Assembly: GCA_002269645.1 (NCBI GenBank)
Contig: NIVC01000126.1
Coordinates: forward strand, 959,629 to 1,023,628
Length of the DNA: 64,000 nt
Source: Macrostomum lignano
Lineage: Eukaryota
Direction of reading: 5' to 3'
Shown: positions 24,338 through 35,800 of the stretch, in pieces
How positions within the stretch are numbered: position 1 is the stretch's first letter
Layout: each line of letters begins with the position of its first letter
Translations under genes and position numbers: made by a program
Notes under the pieces: generated by a model
Databases searched by the model: none
Told to the model about the DNA's origin: nothing
What the model saw: the letters and a program-made list of their open reading frames with translations, nothing else

Positions 24338-24565
24338 GCATGATTGACAGGTAAATCAGGATATAATAAGGTCAAGTAGCTAACTCGGCGCACAGATACC
24401 ATAATAACAAAATATATGTATAAGTAGAGCGTATATTCTGTTTTAAGTAGTTAATCTGCACAGTATCACTAAAATTTAATGTGGCAGCTAAAGTTTTAAT
24501 TTCTTTTTTTGTGGCCTTGAAGCATCTGGGTTTAAGAATGAACAACAAGAATTTAATTCGATGTA

Positions 24566-24955
24566 CACAAGTGAACGCAAGACAGAGGAAACACAGTCTA
24601 GGGGACAGGCCCAATTTAGCTCAGCCAATGAGAGAGCGGTAAGGAGAGAGGTCGAAGTCAGACACAACACAAGCGGGAGAGAGGAAGTCTAACTCTTTAT
24701 CGGCCTAGCTGGGGGGCAGGGGGCTGGGGCGCCACACTTTTCTCTCTTGACCTCTCTCCTTACTGCTGTCTCATTGGCTGAGCTGAATTGGGCCTGCCCC
24801 TCTAGGCTGTGTTTCCTCTGTCTTGCGTTCATGCCTCCTAGACTGAGTTTCATCACCAGTCTAACTTGAACTCTCTCCTTACTGCCCTCTCATTGGTTGA
24901 GCTAGATTGGGCCTGCTCCGTTAGACGGAGTTCGTCCGTCTTGCGTTCACTCGTG
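24566..24955. mobile_element. Tc1/mariner-like MITE (foldback, one arm duplicated)
   Basis: TA|CACAAGTGAACGCAAGAC ... GTCTTGCGTTCACTCGTG|TA. A ~90-bp arm at 24566-24651 is present in reverse at ~24750-24830 and ~24870-24955. Confidence 0.7.
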
Positions 24956-25699
24956 TACATAAAGTTAAATGCTTGTCGTTTATTCGTTGTGGCCTGTGGG
25001 AGGCCACAAAATCCCCAGGAAGGAATAGAAATTTAAGCTGCCAAATATAATTAAATTTAAGTGATACTGCGCAGAAAATACTACTATAAACAGAGTAGAT
25101 AATCTACTTTTGCACAGCTTATAGTTATTCTAGTATCACTGGTCATAGAACAGTACACAAAAGTCAAAACTCGGATGGCCCATGCGAATTTAAACTAGTT
25201 ATTAGTGGGAATTCATCTTTAGTCTTTATTCACCTAGTTTAAATACTTATGTAAAAATCAGAAAAGCAAAACCTTTCCTACAAAATCAAAGACAGCAAAC
25301 CAAATAGAAATGACTGCTCAGCGGATTTGTATTAATAATATATTCCTTAATGCGTAACGAAAATCAAGTATAAACTCAACAAAATAGAAACTTATTGCAG
25401 CGTAACTGAAAGCGCTTATTAGGCAGCAGACAAAAAGCAACTAGCCAACAATGTGCTCCATAAAAATGTACTAATCGCTTCTTTTGTCCAGCTAGATAAA
25501 TAATAAGCATGCTAAGTAAAATATTAAACAGTAAAATAACAATAAATGGCATGCTTTATCATAAACAATTTGAGCAATAAATGCTGGACAAAAGAGTATT
25601 ATTGAAGATTTTATACCAAACCGAAAGAAGTTAAATATATGACTAAACTCATGATTTTAGTGCCTAAAGGGAATTCATATCAATGTCTAAAAGGGATTT

Positions 25700-26340
25700 T
25701 AGTCATGGTGTCTGAAGGTGTCTGAAAGAGATTTCAGTCATGGTGTCTGAAGGTGTCTGAAGGGGATTTTAGTCATGGTGTCTGAAAGAGATTTCAGTCA
25801 TGGTGTCTGAAGGGGATTTCAGTCATGGTGTCTGAAGGTGTCTGAAAGAGATTTCAGTCATGGTGTCTGAAGGGGATTTCAGTCATGGTGTCTGAAGGTG
25901 TCTGAAAGAGATTTCAGTCATGGTGTCTGAAGGTGTCTCAAAGAGATTTCAGTCATTGTGTCTGAAGGGGATTTCAGTCATGGTGTCTGAAGGTGTCTCA
26001 AAGAGATTTCAGTCATTGTGTCTGAAGGGGATTTCAGTCATGGTGTCTGAAGGTGTCTCAAAGAGATTTCAGTCATTGTTTCTGAAGGGGATTTCAGTCA
26101 TGGTGTCTGAAGGTGTCTCAAAGAGATTTCAGTCATTGTGTCTGAAGGGGATTTCAGTCATGGTGTCTGAAGGTGTCTCAAAGAGATTTCAGTCATTGTG
26201 TCTGAAGGGGATTTCAGTCATGGTGTCTGAAGGTGTCTCAAAGAGATTTCAGTCGTGGTGTCTGAAGGGGATTTCAGTCATGGTGTCTGAAGGTGTCTCA
26301 AGGGGACTCCAGTCAGTGTCTGAAGGTGATTTCAGTTGGT
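25700..26340. repeat. Minisatellite with 60-bp higher-order unit
   Basis: GGTGTCTGAA and ATTTCAGTCA subunits fixed into a 60-bp unit over 25861-26300. Confidence 0.93.
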
Positions 26341-26949
26341 GTCCCGAAAGCGCAGACTACCTATCCAATATAACATTGATAAAATGGCACAGGCATTTTT
26401 GTGCATCAACAAGACACCAGGTCAAATATTAGGCGCGTATAATATTAAAGTGCAACAAATAAAATGCATTCAAATTGGCGCCAATACTAGGCAGAAATAG
26501 TAAAACAAACTCAACGGCTTTAAAGTGGCGGCGGTAAATCAGACAATAAAATGTCATATTGAAAAATAATGAGAAAATCTGTATATATAGAAACTTTAAG
26601 ACTTAAAGGCATGCAGAAAATGGCAAAAGTGCCCAAAAACAGTGATGAAAAAATGTTATGTTTAACTAAATTTTGTAACAAAACTTTTTAAATACCAACG
26701 TTAAAACTGTAGTGTAAAGCTATCTAGCGCCAGTAAACTAAAATTTTCATTAAATAAGAAGACCAGTGTCATGAAGGATTAGTGGTTTAAACACAAATAA
26801 ACATTAAACAATGAGAATCGCGCTTGCTTGAGAAGAAATCAAATAAACGGGAAACAAGAAGCTTGTAAAAATATAAATAAAAGCCTACTCAAGAGGCGGA
26901 TTTAGCTATGGTCCCGATTGCTTGGCATTGTAATAAAGAGAAAACGGGA

Positions 26950-27900
26950 GCAGATAAAGGCTGTAAAACAGCGGATAAAGGAGCGGAATTGGGGGCGGAT
27001 AAAGGAGCGGAATTGGGGGCGGATAAAGGAGCGGAATTGGGGGCGGATAAAGGAGCAAAATTGGGGACGGATAAAGGAGCAAAATTGGGGACGGATAAAG
27101 GAGCGGAATTGGGGGCGGATAAAGGAGCAAAATTGGGGGCGGATAAAGGAGCGGAATTGGGGGCGGATAAAGGAGCGGAATTGGGGGCGGATAAAGGAGC
27201 ATAATTGGGGGCGGATAAAGGAGCGGAATTGGGGGCGGATAAAGGAGCGGAATTGGGGGCGGATAAAGGAGCGGAATTGGGGGCGGATAAAGGAGCAAAA
27301 TTGGGGACGGATAAAGGAGCGGAATTGGGGGCGGATAAAGGAGCGGAATTGGGGGCGGATAAAGGAGCGGAATTGGGGGCGGATAAAGGAGCGGAATTGG
27401 GGGCGGATAAAGGAGCAAAATTGGGGACGGATAAAGGAGCGGAATTGGGGGCGGATAAAGGAGCGGAATTGGGGCGGATAAAGGAGCGGAATTGGGGGCG
27501 GATAAAGGAGCAAAATTGGGGACGGATAAAGGAGCGGAATTGGGGGCGGATAAAGGAGCGGAATTGGGGGCGGATAAAGGAGCGGAATTGGGGGCGGATA
27601 AAGGAGCGGAATTGGGGGCGGATAAAGGAGCGGAATTGGGGCGGATAAAGGAGCGGAATTGGGGGCGGATAAAGGAGCGGAATTGGGGGCGGATAAAGGA
27701 GCAAAATTGGGGACGGATAAAGGAGCGGAATTCGGGGCGGATAAAGGAGCGGAATTGGGGGCGGATAAAGGAGCGGAATTGGGGGCGGATAAAGGAGCAA
27801 AATTGGGGACGGATAAAGGAGCGGAATTGGGGGCGGATAAAGGAGCGGAATTGGGGGCGGACAAGGAGCGGAATTTGGGGGCGGAAAAAGGGTGGATAAG
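26950..27900. repeat. 24-bp G-rich minisatellite
   Basis: Tandem GGGGCGGATAAAGGAGCGGAATTG. Confidence 0.97.
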
Positions 27901-28020
27901 AGATCGGAATTCGGAACAGATAAAATAGCAAAATTAACTGCAGGTTGAGGGCGGAAAAGAGCTGAAAAATTAGCGAAACGCATTGCTGGAGTTGTTTTGC
28001 ACTTGCTTTTAAGGCCGCAT

Positions 28021-29680
28021 TCAAACCCGGCCAGTGTTTCCACCGGCATTGGAGCCGCCACCTGCCCCAGCCTCAATAGCGGCATCAATCACGCTAATTA
28101 ATCGGTCCAGCTGGCCAATCCGGTTGAGATGGCTGTGCAGCTCGGAGCGACGCATCAGCTGCAGTCGGCGCCGGGCTTCGCCTAAAGGATCGGCGCAGTC
28201 GCTGCTGGCAACAACCAGATCGCCGAACAGCTGGCCGCTGCTAGCATCGTTACTATCGGACGACGATGCCAATAAAGAAGTTAAGAAATCCAATGAATTA
28301 TTAGCTTGAGTAGGTTGGCTTGGCTGCGACGAACCAGCCGCCTCAGTCAGCGTTGGCACAGACCGGTGACGACGAACTGCGAAAGAACTGCTAGACGATG
28401 AAATCGATCCGCTCCTCTCGTGCAGAACCTGTTATAAAATAAAACAATTTTCAGTAATTTTTTGCCAAAAGGGTGATTAAATGTTTTGCTTGCCTACTGT
28501 TAGTAAAAAAAATACACCAAAAATAAAAATACAGTAACAAAATAGCAATCCTTACAAGCTACAGTTTTACTTGTACTTGTTACTTTACTTATTTTTTATA
28601 AAATTATCGCAAGCATTGCAAACTGGTTCCTGATATTAGGGGTCGGAGAAAGGTCCAGATAGGGAACCTGGCGCATGACTGCGGGACAGAGGAGGGGGAA
28701 GAGAAAGGGGAATAGAGACAAGAGAAGAGGAGAAGAGAGGAGGAAGGAGAGAGGAGAGAAGAGAGAGGAGAGAAGAGAGAGGAGAAGAGAAATAAGAGAT
28801 TAGGGAGAAAGAGAGCTGAGAAGAGACACAAACCGTGAGCAGGCCGGATTTCTATGGTGGAATTCCAAAGGACCCGAGGGCCGGAGAGAGAGGCTTCTCA
28901 GGTCGCATGTTGGCCAGCGGATCGGAGTTAACCGACCACAGGTCCCGATTAATCAAATAAAATCTCGAACCTTAAAAAACACTGACAATGCTACTAGTAG
29001 TACATGTACTTGATTTTTACCTGTCGCGGCAGCATGGGCACAGGCCGCACAGGCACTGGCACTACTGGCGGAGTCTGCGGTCGTTTAGCCATAGACAAAT
29101 CGTATGGGCCTTCGTCATAATCTTCATCCTCATCACCCTCATCCTCATCATCTTGCTGCCTCTGTTGCTGCCCAAAGCTGTGAAAATCGGCCATGGAGTG
29201 TCTTCTATTATTAGTATCCGATTGACTGCTATTCGACAAAACTGAGTCCAGCTTAGCAACCGCCGACATCAACTCGGGATTCCGGCAGCCGAAACGGCCA
29301 TCAACAATGCAACCAGTTTCAATTGCCAATCGAAGGTCGCGTTTCAAATTGCGCCACTTTGTACTGCAGTTCGGCCCGGTAAACTGGCAAACGTAGCTGC
29401 TGCCACTAGAAGCAGCAAAGTTTAACTGACTATTCAATCGTTGAGCAATTTCCGACCACACCTGTTTCTGAACTCGACTATTGCGCAACGGTTCGCGATA
29501 TTCTTCAATCAGCTTTAGCAGTGCGTCGGTCTGCTGGGGTGCCCAGTACTTCTTGCTGGCCCGCTGTTGCTGTTGTACTGTGAATTCCTCTGTGCAATTG
29601 GATGAAGAAGCCGAATCTGTGTTAGAATTACCGTGGCCGGATGCTGATGGACAGCTATTAAACGGATACTGATATGCCAT
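28021..29680 (-). CDS. Myb/SANT-like (trihelix/MADF-type) DNA-binding protein, 355 aa
   Basis: Exons 29680-29021 and 28428-28021 (phase 0). WAPQQTDALLKLI..WSEIAQRL..CSTKWRNLK has the three-Trp signature; C-terminal helical segment RRRLQLMRRSELHSHLNRIGQL. Confidence 0.82.
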
Positions 29681-29764
29681 GCTTCCGGTGCTGTGACTTT
29701 CGGTTGATATAAACAAATGCCTTTTTGTGCTTTTTATTGGGCCGTGGCAGAAATTAAATTGAGA

Positions 29765-32580
29765 TTAGATCTAGCTAGCTTAGATGTAGGGACTGGGATC
29801 ATTGGGATCTAGCTAGCTTAGATGTGGGGACTGGGATCTAGCTAGCTTAGATGTGGGGATTGGGATCTAGCTAGCTTAGATGTAGGGACTGGGATCATTG
29901 GGATCTAGCTAGCTTAGATGTGGGGACTGGGATCTAGCTAGCTTAGATGTAGGGACTGGGATCATTGGGATCTAGCTAGCTTAGATGTGGGGATTGGGAT
30001 CTAGCTAGCTTAGATGTAGGGACTGGGATCATTGGGATCTAGCTAGCTTAGATGTGGGGACTGGGATCTAGCTAGCTTAGATGTGGGGACTGGGATCTAG
30101 CTAGCTTAGATGTGGGGACTGGGATCTAGCTAGCTTAGATGTGGGGACTGGGATCTAGCTAGCTTAGATGTGGGGACTGGGATCTAGCTAGCTTAGATGT
30201 GGGGACTGGGATCTAGCTAGCTTAGATGTAGGGACTGGGATCATTGGGATCTAGCTAGCTTAGATGTGGGGATTGGGATCTAGCTAGCTTAGATGTGGGG
30301 ACTGGGATCTAGCTAGATTAGATGTGGGGATTGGGGTCTAGCTAGCTTAGATGTGGGGATTGGGGTCTAGCTAGATTAGATGTGGGGACTGGGATCTAGT
30401 TAACTTATATGTGGGGATTGGGGTCTAGCTAGATTAGATGTGGGGATTGGGGTCTTACTACATGTAGATTAGATGTGGGGATTGGGGTCTAGCTAGATTA
30501 GATGTGGGATTGGGGTCTAGCTAGATTAGATGTGGCGATTGGGATCTAGTTAACTTAGATGTGGGGATTGGGGTCTAGCTAGACTAGATGTGGCGATTGG
30601 GATCTGGTTAACTTAGATGTGGGGATTTGGGTCTAGCTAGATTAGATGTGGCGATTGGGATCTGGTTAACTTAGATGTGGGGATTTGGGTCTAGCTAGAC
30701 TAGATGTGGCGATTGGGATCTGGTTAACTTAGATGTGGGGATTTGGGTCTAGCTAGATTAGATGTGGCGATTGGGATCTGGTTAACTTAGATGTGGGGAT
30801 TTGGGTCTAGCTAGACTAGATGTGGCGATTGGGATCTGGTTAACTTAGATGTGGGGATTTGGGTCTAGCTAGATGAGATGTGGCGATTGGGATCTGGTTA
30901 ACTTAGATGTGGGGATTTGGGTCTAGCTAGACTAGATGCGGCGATTGGGATCTGGTTAACTTAGATGTGGGGATTGGAGTCTAGCTACATGTAGATTAGA
31001 TGTGGGGATTGGGGTCTAGCTACATGTAGATTAGATGTGGGGATTGGGGTCTAGCTACATGTAGATTAGATGTGGGGATTGGGGTCTAGCTACATGTAGA
31101 TTAGATGTGGGGATTGGGGTCTAGCTACATGTAGATTAGATGTGGGGATTGGGGTCTAGCTACATGTAGATTAGATGTGGGGATTGGGGTCTAGCTAGAT
31201 TAGATGTGGGATTGGGTTCTAGCTAGATTAGATGTGGCGATTGGGATCTAGTTAACTTAGATGTGGGGATTGGGGTCTAGCTAGACTAGATGTGGCGATT
31301 GGGATCTGGTTAACTTAGATGTGGGGATTTGGGTCTAGCTAGACTAGATGCGGCGATTGGGATCTGGTTAACTTAGATGTGGGGATTGGAGTCTAGCTAC
31401 ATGTAGATTAGATGTGGGGATTGGGGTCTAGCTACATGTAGATTAGATGTGGGGATTGGGGTCTAGCTACATGTAGATTAGATGTGGGGATTGGGGTCTA
31501 GCTACATGTAGATTAGATGTGGGGATTGGGGTCTAGCTACATGTAGATTAGATGTGGGGATTGGGGTCTAGCTACATGTAGATTAGATGTGGGGATTGGG
31601 GTCTAGCTAGATTAGATGTGGGGATTGGGGTCTTACTACATGTAGATTAGATGTGGGGATTTGGGTCTAGCTAGATTAGATGTGGGATTGGGTTCTAGCT
31701 AGATTAGATGTGGGGATTGGGGCCTAGTTAACTTAGATGTGGGGATTGGGGTCTAGCTAGACTAGATGTGGCGATTGGGATCTGGTTAACTTAGATGTGG
31801 GGATTTGGGTCTAGCTAGATTAGATGTGGCGATTGGGATCTGGTTAACTTAGATGTGGGGATTTGGGTCTAGCTAGACTAGATGTGGCGATTGGGATCTG
31901 GTTAACTTAGATGTGGGGATTTGGGTCTAGCTAGATTAGATGTGGCGATTGGGATCTGGTTAACTTAGATGTGGGGATTTGGGTCTAGCTAGATGAGATG
32001 TGGCGATTGGGATCTGGTTAACTTAGATGTGGGGATTTGGGTCTAGCTAGACTAGATGCGGCGATTGGGATCTGGTTAACTTAGATGTGGGGATTGGAGT
32101 CTAGCTACATGTAGATTAGATGTGGGGATTGGGTCTAGCTACATGTAGATTAGATGTGGGGATTGGGGTCTAGCTACATGTAGATTAGATGTGGGGATTG
32201 GGGTCTAGCTACATGTAGATTAGATGTGGGGATTGGGGTCTAGCTACATGTAGATTAGATGTGGGGATTGGGGTCTAGCTACATGTAGATTAGATGTGGG
32301 GATTGGGGTCTAGCTACATGTAGATTAGATGTGGGGATTGGGGTCTAGCTACATGTAGATTAGATGTGGGGATTGGGGTCTAGCTACATGTAGATTAGAT
32401 GTGGGGATTGGGGTCTAGCTACATGTAGATTAGATGTGGGGATTGGGGTCTAGCTAGATTAGATGTGGGGATTGGGATCTAGTTAACTTAGATGTGGAGA
32501 TGGGATCTAGTAAGAGCAGATCAGATGTGGGGATTGGGATCATATAGGGATCAAAATTAGATCAGATGTGGGGATTGGGA
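29765..32580. repeat. 2.8-kb satellite of ~29-bp palindrome-plus-G-tract units
   Basis: GATCTAGCTAGCTTAGATGTGGGGACTGG and derived variants. Confidence 0.96.
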
Positions 32581-32876
32581 TTTTTGTAGCTTTAGTTAAT
32601 TTGGGAAGAAAATGGTGACTGTTTACTTAGCTTTATGCTACCAAACAAAAAAAGCTTTAAAAATGCAAATTGTTGGAAACGTACACTCACAAATAGTTGT
32701 TTTAACAAATTCCAAATTTATTGATAAAATACGCATAGATTAGATATGAAAATGCGAATAATTACCGAATACGTAACTGCACTACCCAACAATGGGAAAT
32801 TTTTCCTTTCATAAATATACTTTCGATACATATCGGGCAACGGCCAACATAGTACATAAAAAGTCCAACTATAGAC

Positions 32877-35800
32877 TTAATAATCTTGGCTTCGCTCTTC
32901 GCCATCAGTCTTATCGCCATCAGGATCGTCGTCTTTATCGTCCAGGTCATCAGTAGACACGCCGGCAGTCGCGGCCATCTTGGCCTTGTGAATTCGTCGA
33001 GCCCACAGTCGATGCTCCGGCAGGTCAGTGCTGGCGCGAAACTCTTTTGTGTACGGCAGCCGGTGGCCGCGCAAACGGACAGCCAGCGACTGTAGCGACG
33101 GTTTTCGACAGCTCAGCTCGTCACTGTTCTCACCGTCGGCACCATCAACGCCGACAAGTGCGGCGGCAATATCGACGCGTTTTGGCGAACAAATCGACAC
33201 CCAGGCTAGGGCGGAGAAGACCACATCGGCGCTGGACGATTCCGGCGCACCAGCCGGACAGTCAAATCGGCGCAACCGGTCGGACAGGCTGGCCGGCTGG
33301 GGAATCGGCTGGGGCCGTTGCGGGTGGTCGGGCGAGTAGAGCAGGTGACCGCAGGTAGATAAGTAGTCCTCCAGCTTGTCGGTGTCAACAAGGTGGATAT
33401 TGGACAGGAAGCTGTGGCAGGTCACGTAGATAGCGCAGGGTGCCTGTATTGCATTGATATTGAAAATATTAATCTGCCGATATGTATCGAAAAAAACTTT
33501 GCAGATATAATAATAAAAGAAATTAAAAAATACGAATAGACGAGACTTCTAATAAAAAGGACTTCCTGCACTTCAATACGCAAATTATTTTTATTAAAGA
33601 TCGTTACATTGGCAATTTGTTTGTATTCAAAGTTTCGTCTTCAATTTTAATAGACACCGATATGTATCGAAAAGAAACTTTCCCAATAGTACTCAACGTA
33701 GTACTTACATCAACGTTAACAATATCCAGCCGTGCCAATCCGCCAATCATTAGGCTAAGTCCGGGCTTCATAATAAATGTGCGCGGCTTCGGCATACGCG
33801 GCCAGCGGAATATCGAATCCCATTCGGACGGCGTGAGGAAGGGCTCCACCTGGCGATAGATAATAATAATTATTATTAAACAGAAGTGTTATTAATTATA
33901 CGGTGGATTTTTAAACGGCGAATTAAGGACCAATCACTGGCACTTGTTTGCCTTTTTTTCGAATAACAAAGCTTCTCCCCAAGGTTTTCTGTTTTAAAGC
34001 TCTGGACTTTCGGTCAGAAAGTAGTGGCATTGAATTTCGAATTAATTAAAGATAATTCTTGGGTTCGGGCTTAGGTTAGGGCTTTGGTTAGAGCTTTAGT
34101 TAGGGTTAAGGTTAACGGTTAGATTTAGGGTTTAGGTTCGTTTTAGGTTTTAGGTTGGGGGTTAGATTTAGGGTTTGGGTTAGGGTTGAGATTTAGAGTT
34201 TATGTTACGGTTTAGGTTCGTTTTAGGTTTTAGGTTGGGGGTTAGATTTGAGTTTAGTTTAGGGGTTATATTTGGGTTTAGGTTAGGGGTTATATTTGGG
34301 TTTAGGTTAGGGGTTATATTTGGGTTTAGGTTAGGGGTTATATTTGGGTTTAGGTTAGGGGTTGTATTTGGGTTTAGGTTAGGGGTTAGATTTAGGGTTT
34401 AGGTTAGGGGTTATATTTGGGTTTAGGTTAGGGGTTAGATTTAGGGTTTAGGTTAGGGGTTAGATTTAGGGTTTAGGTTAGGGGTTATATTTGGGTTTAG
34501 GTTAGGGGTTAGATTTAGGGTTTAGGTTAGGGGTTATATTTGGGTTTAGGTTAGGGGTTAGATTTAGGGTTTAGGTTAGGGGTTATATTTGGGTTTAGGT
34601 TAGGGTTCACGCTAGGGTTTAGGTTTTGGTTAGGGTCGGCAATTTGTAGTAATCATTAGAATGCTCGGCAGCCCTGCTACTATAGGCCGTATAAACAACT
34701 GACCAGTTGATAAATGACCCAATCAGTTACTAAGGAAGCAATCACTAAGCTATACAATTCAAAATTCAATCGGCACAAACCGCATAGCTCTTAGCCAATC
34801 CGGGCGTGTCGAAGCACCACCGACCGAACTGTCGTTCGTCGATCTCCTGCCAATCCAGGCAGCGTCGCATTACGCGTCGGAAAGTTTCTAAATCGTCGGC
34901 CGCTATTAAAGCTTCAGTTTCGCTGCCTAATTTATAAGTTGGCGACTCTAATAGATTCTGCGAGGCCAGCATGGCTTGCTGGTCGCGGCAGGCTTTCAAC
35001 AAGCCAGCTGGAGTGAATGTCCGACCGACCTGGCTCTGTCGCATCACCGCCAGGGCGCTCAGCGGCTGTTGGTCGCGTTTCAACAGCGCCTCGGCGGCTT
35101 TCTCGTCGCCTAGGCGACAGGCCCGCTGGACGAGGCGTTCGCGAGTGACGCGAATTAGTGGGAATTTCAATGCGCCCAGGGTGGTGCCTGCCAGGGGCGA
35201 CACTGTGGCCCGGTGGTAGCGCTCCTCCACCTAGGGAGAGTTTCGGTTTATATGCTTCATTAGTCTGTGTCTTAAGTTTCTGTCTTAAATAGTCTTAGTG
35301 TCTGTCTTAGTTAGATTCCTAGTTAGTGTCTTGGTGTCTGTCTTAGTTAGATTCTTAGTGTCTGTCTTAGTTAGTGTCTTGGTGTCTGTCTTAGTTAGAT
35401 TCTTAGTGTCTGTCTTTGTTAGTGTCTTGGTGTCTGTCTTAGTTAGATTTTTAGTGTCTGTCTTAGTTAGATTTTTAGTGTCTGTCTTAGTTAGATTTTT
35501 AGTTAGTGTCTTAGTGTCTGTCATAGTAAGATTCTTAGTGTCTGTCTTAGTGTCTTAGTGTATGTCTTAGTTAGTGTCTTAGTTAGTGTCTTGGTGTCTG
35601 TCTTAGTTAGATTCTTAGTTAGTGTCTTGGTGTCTGTCTTAGTTAGTGTCTTAGTGTCTGTCTTAGTTAGATTCTTAGTTAGTGTCTTAGTGTCTGTCTT
35701 AGTTAGTGTCTTAGTTAGTCTTGGTGTCTGTCTTAGTTAGATTTTCAGTGTCTGTCTTAGTTAGTGTCTTGGTGTCTGTCTTAGTTAGTGTCTTGGTGTC

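Noticed and set aside
28021-29716. Active PIF/Harbinger transposon
   Set aside because: No DDE transposase ORF, TIRs or 3-bp TSD were seen around the Myb/SANT gene.
29765-32580. CRISPR-like appearance of regularly spaced ~21-38-bp repeats here and elsewhere
   Set aside because: Units are head-to-tail with no unique spacers, there are no cas genes, and the context is eukaryotic.
34060-34635. True telomere or chromosome-end misjoin
   Set aside because: Repeats are degenerate and the flanking NOA1 exons join in frame across them.
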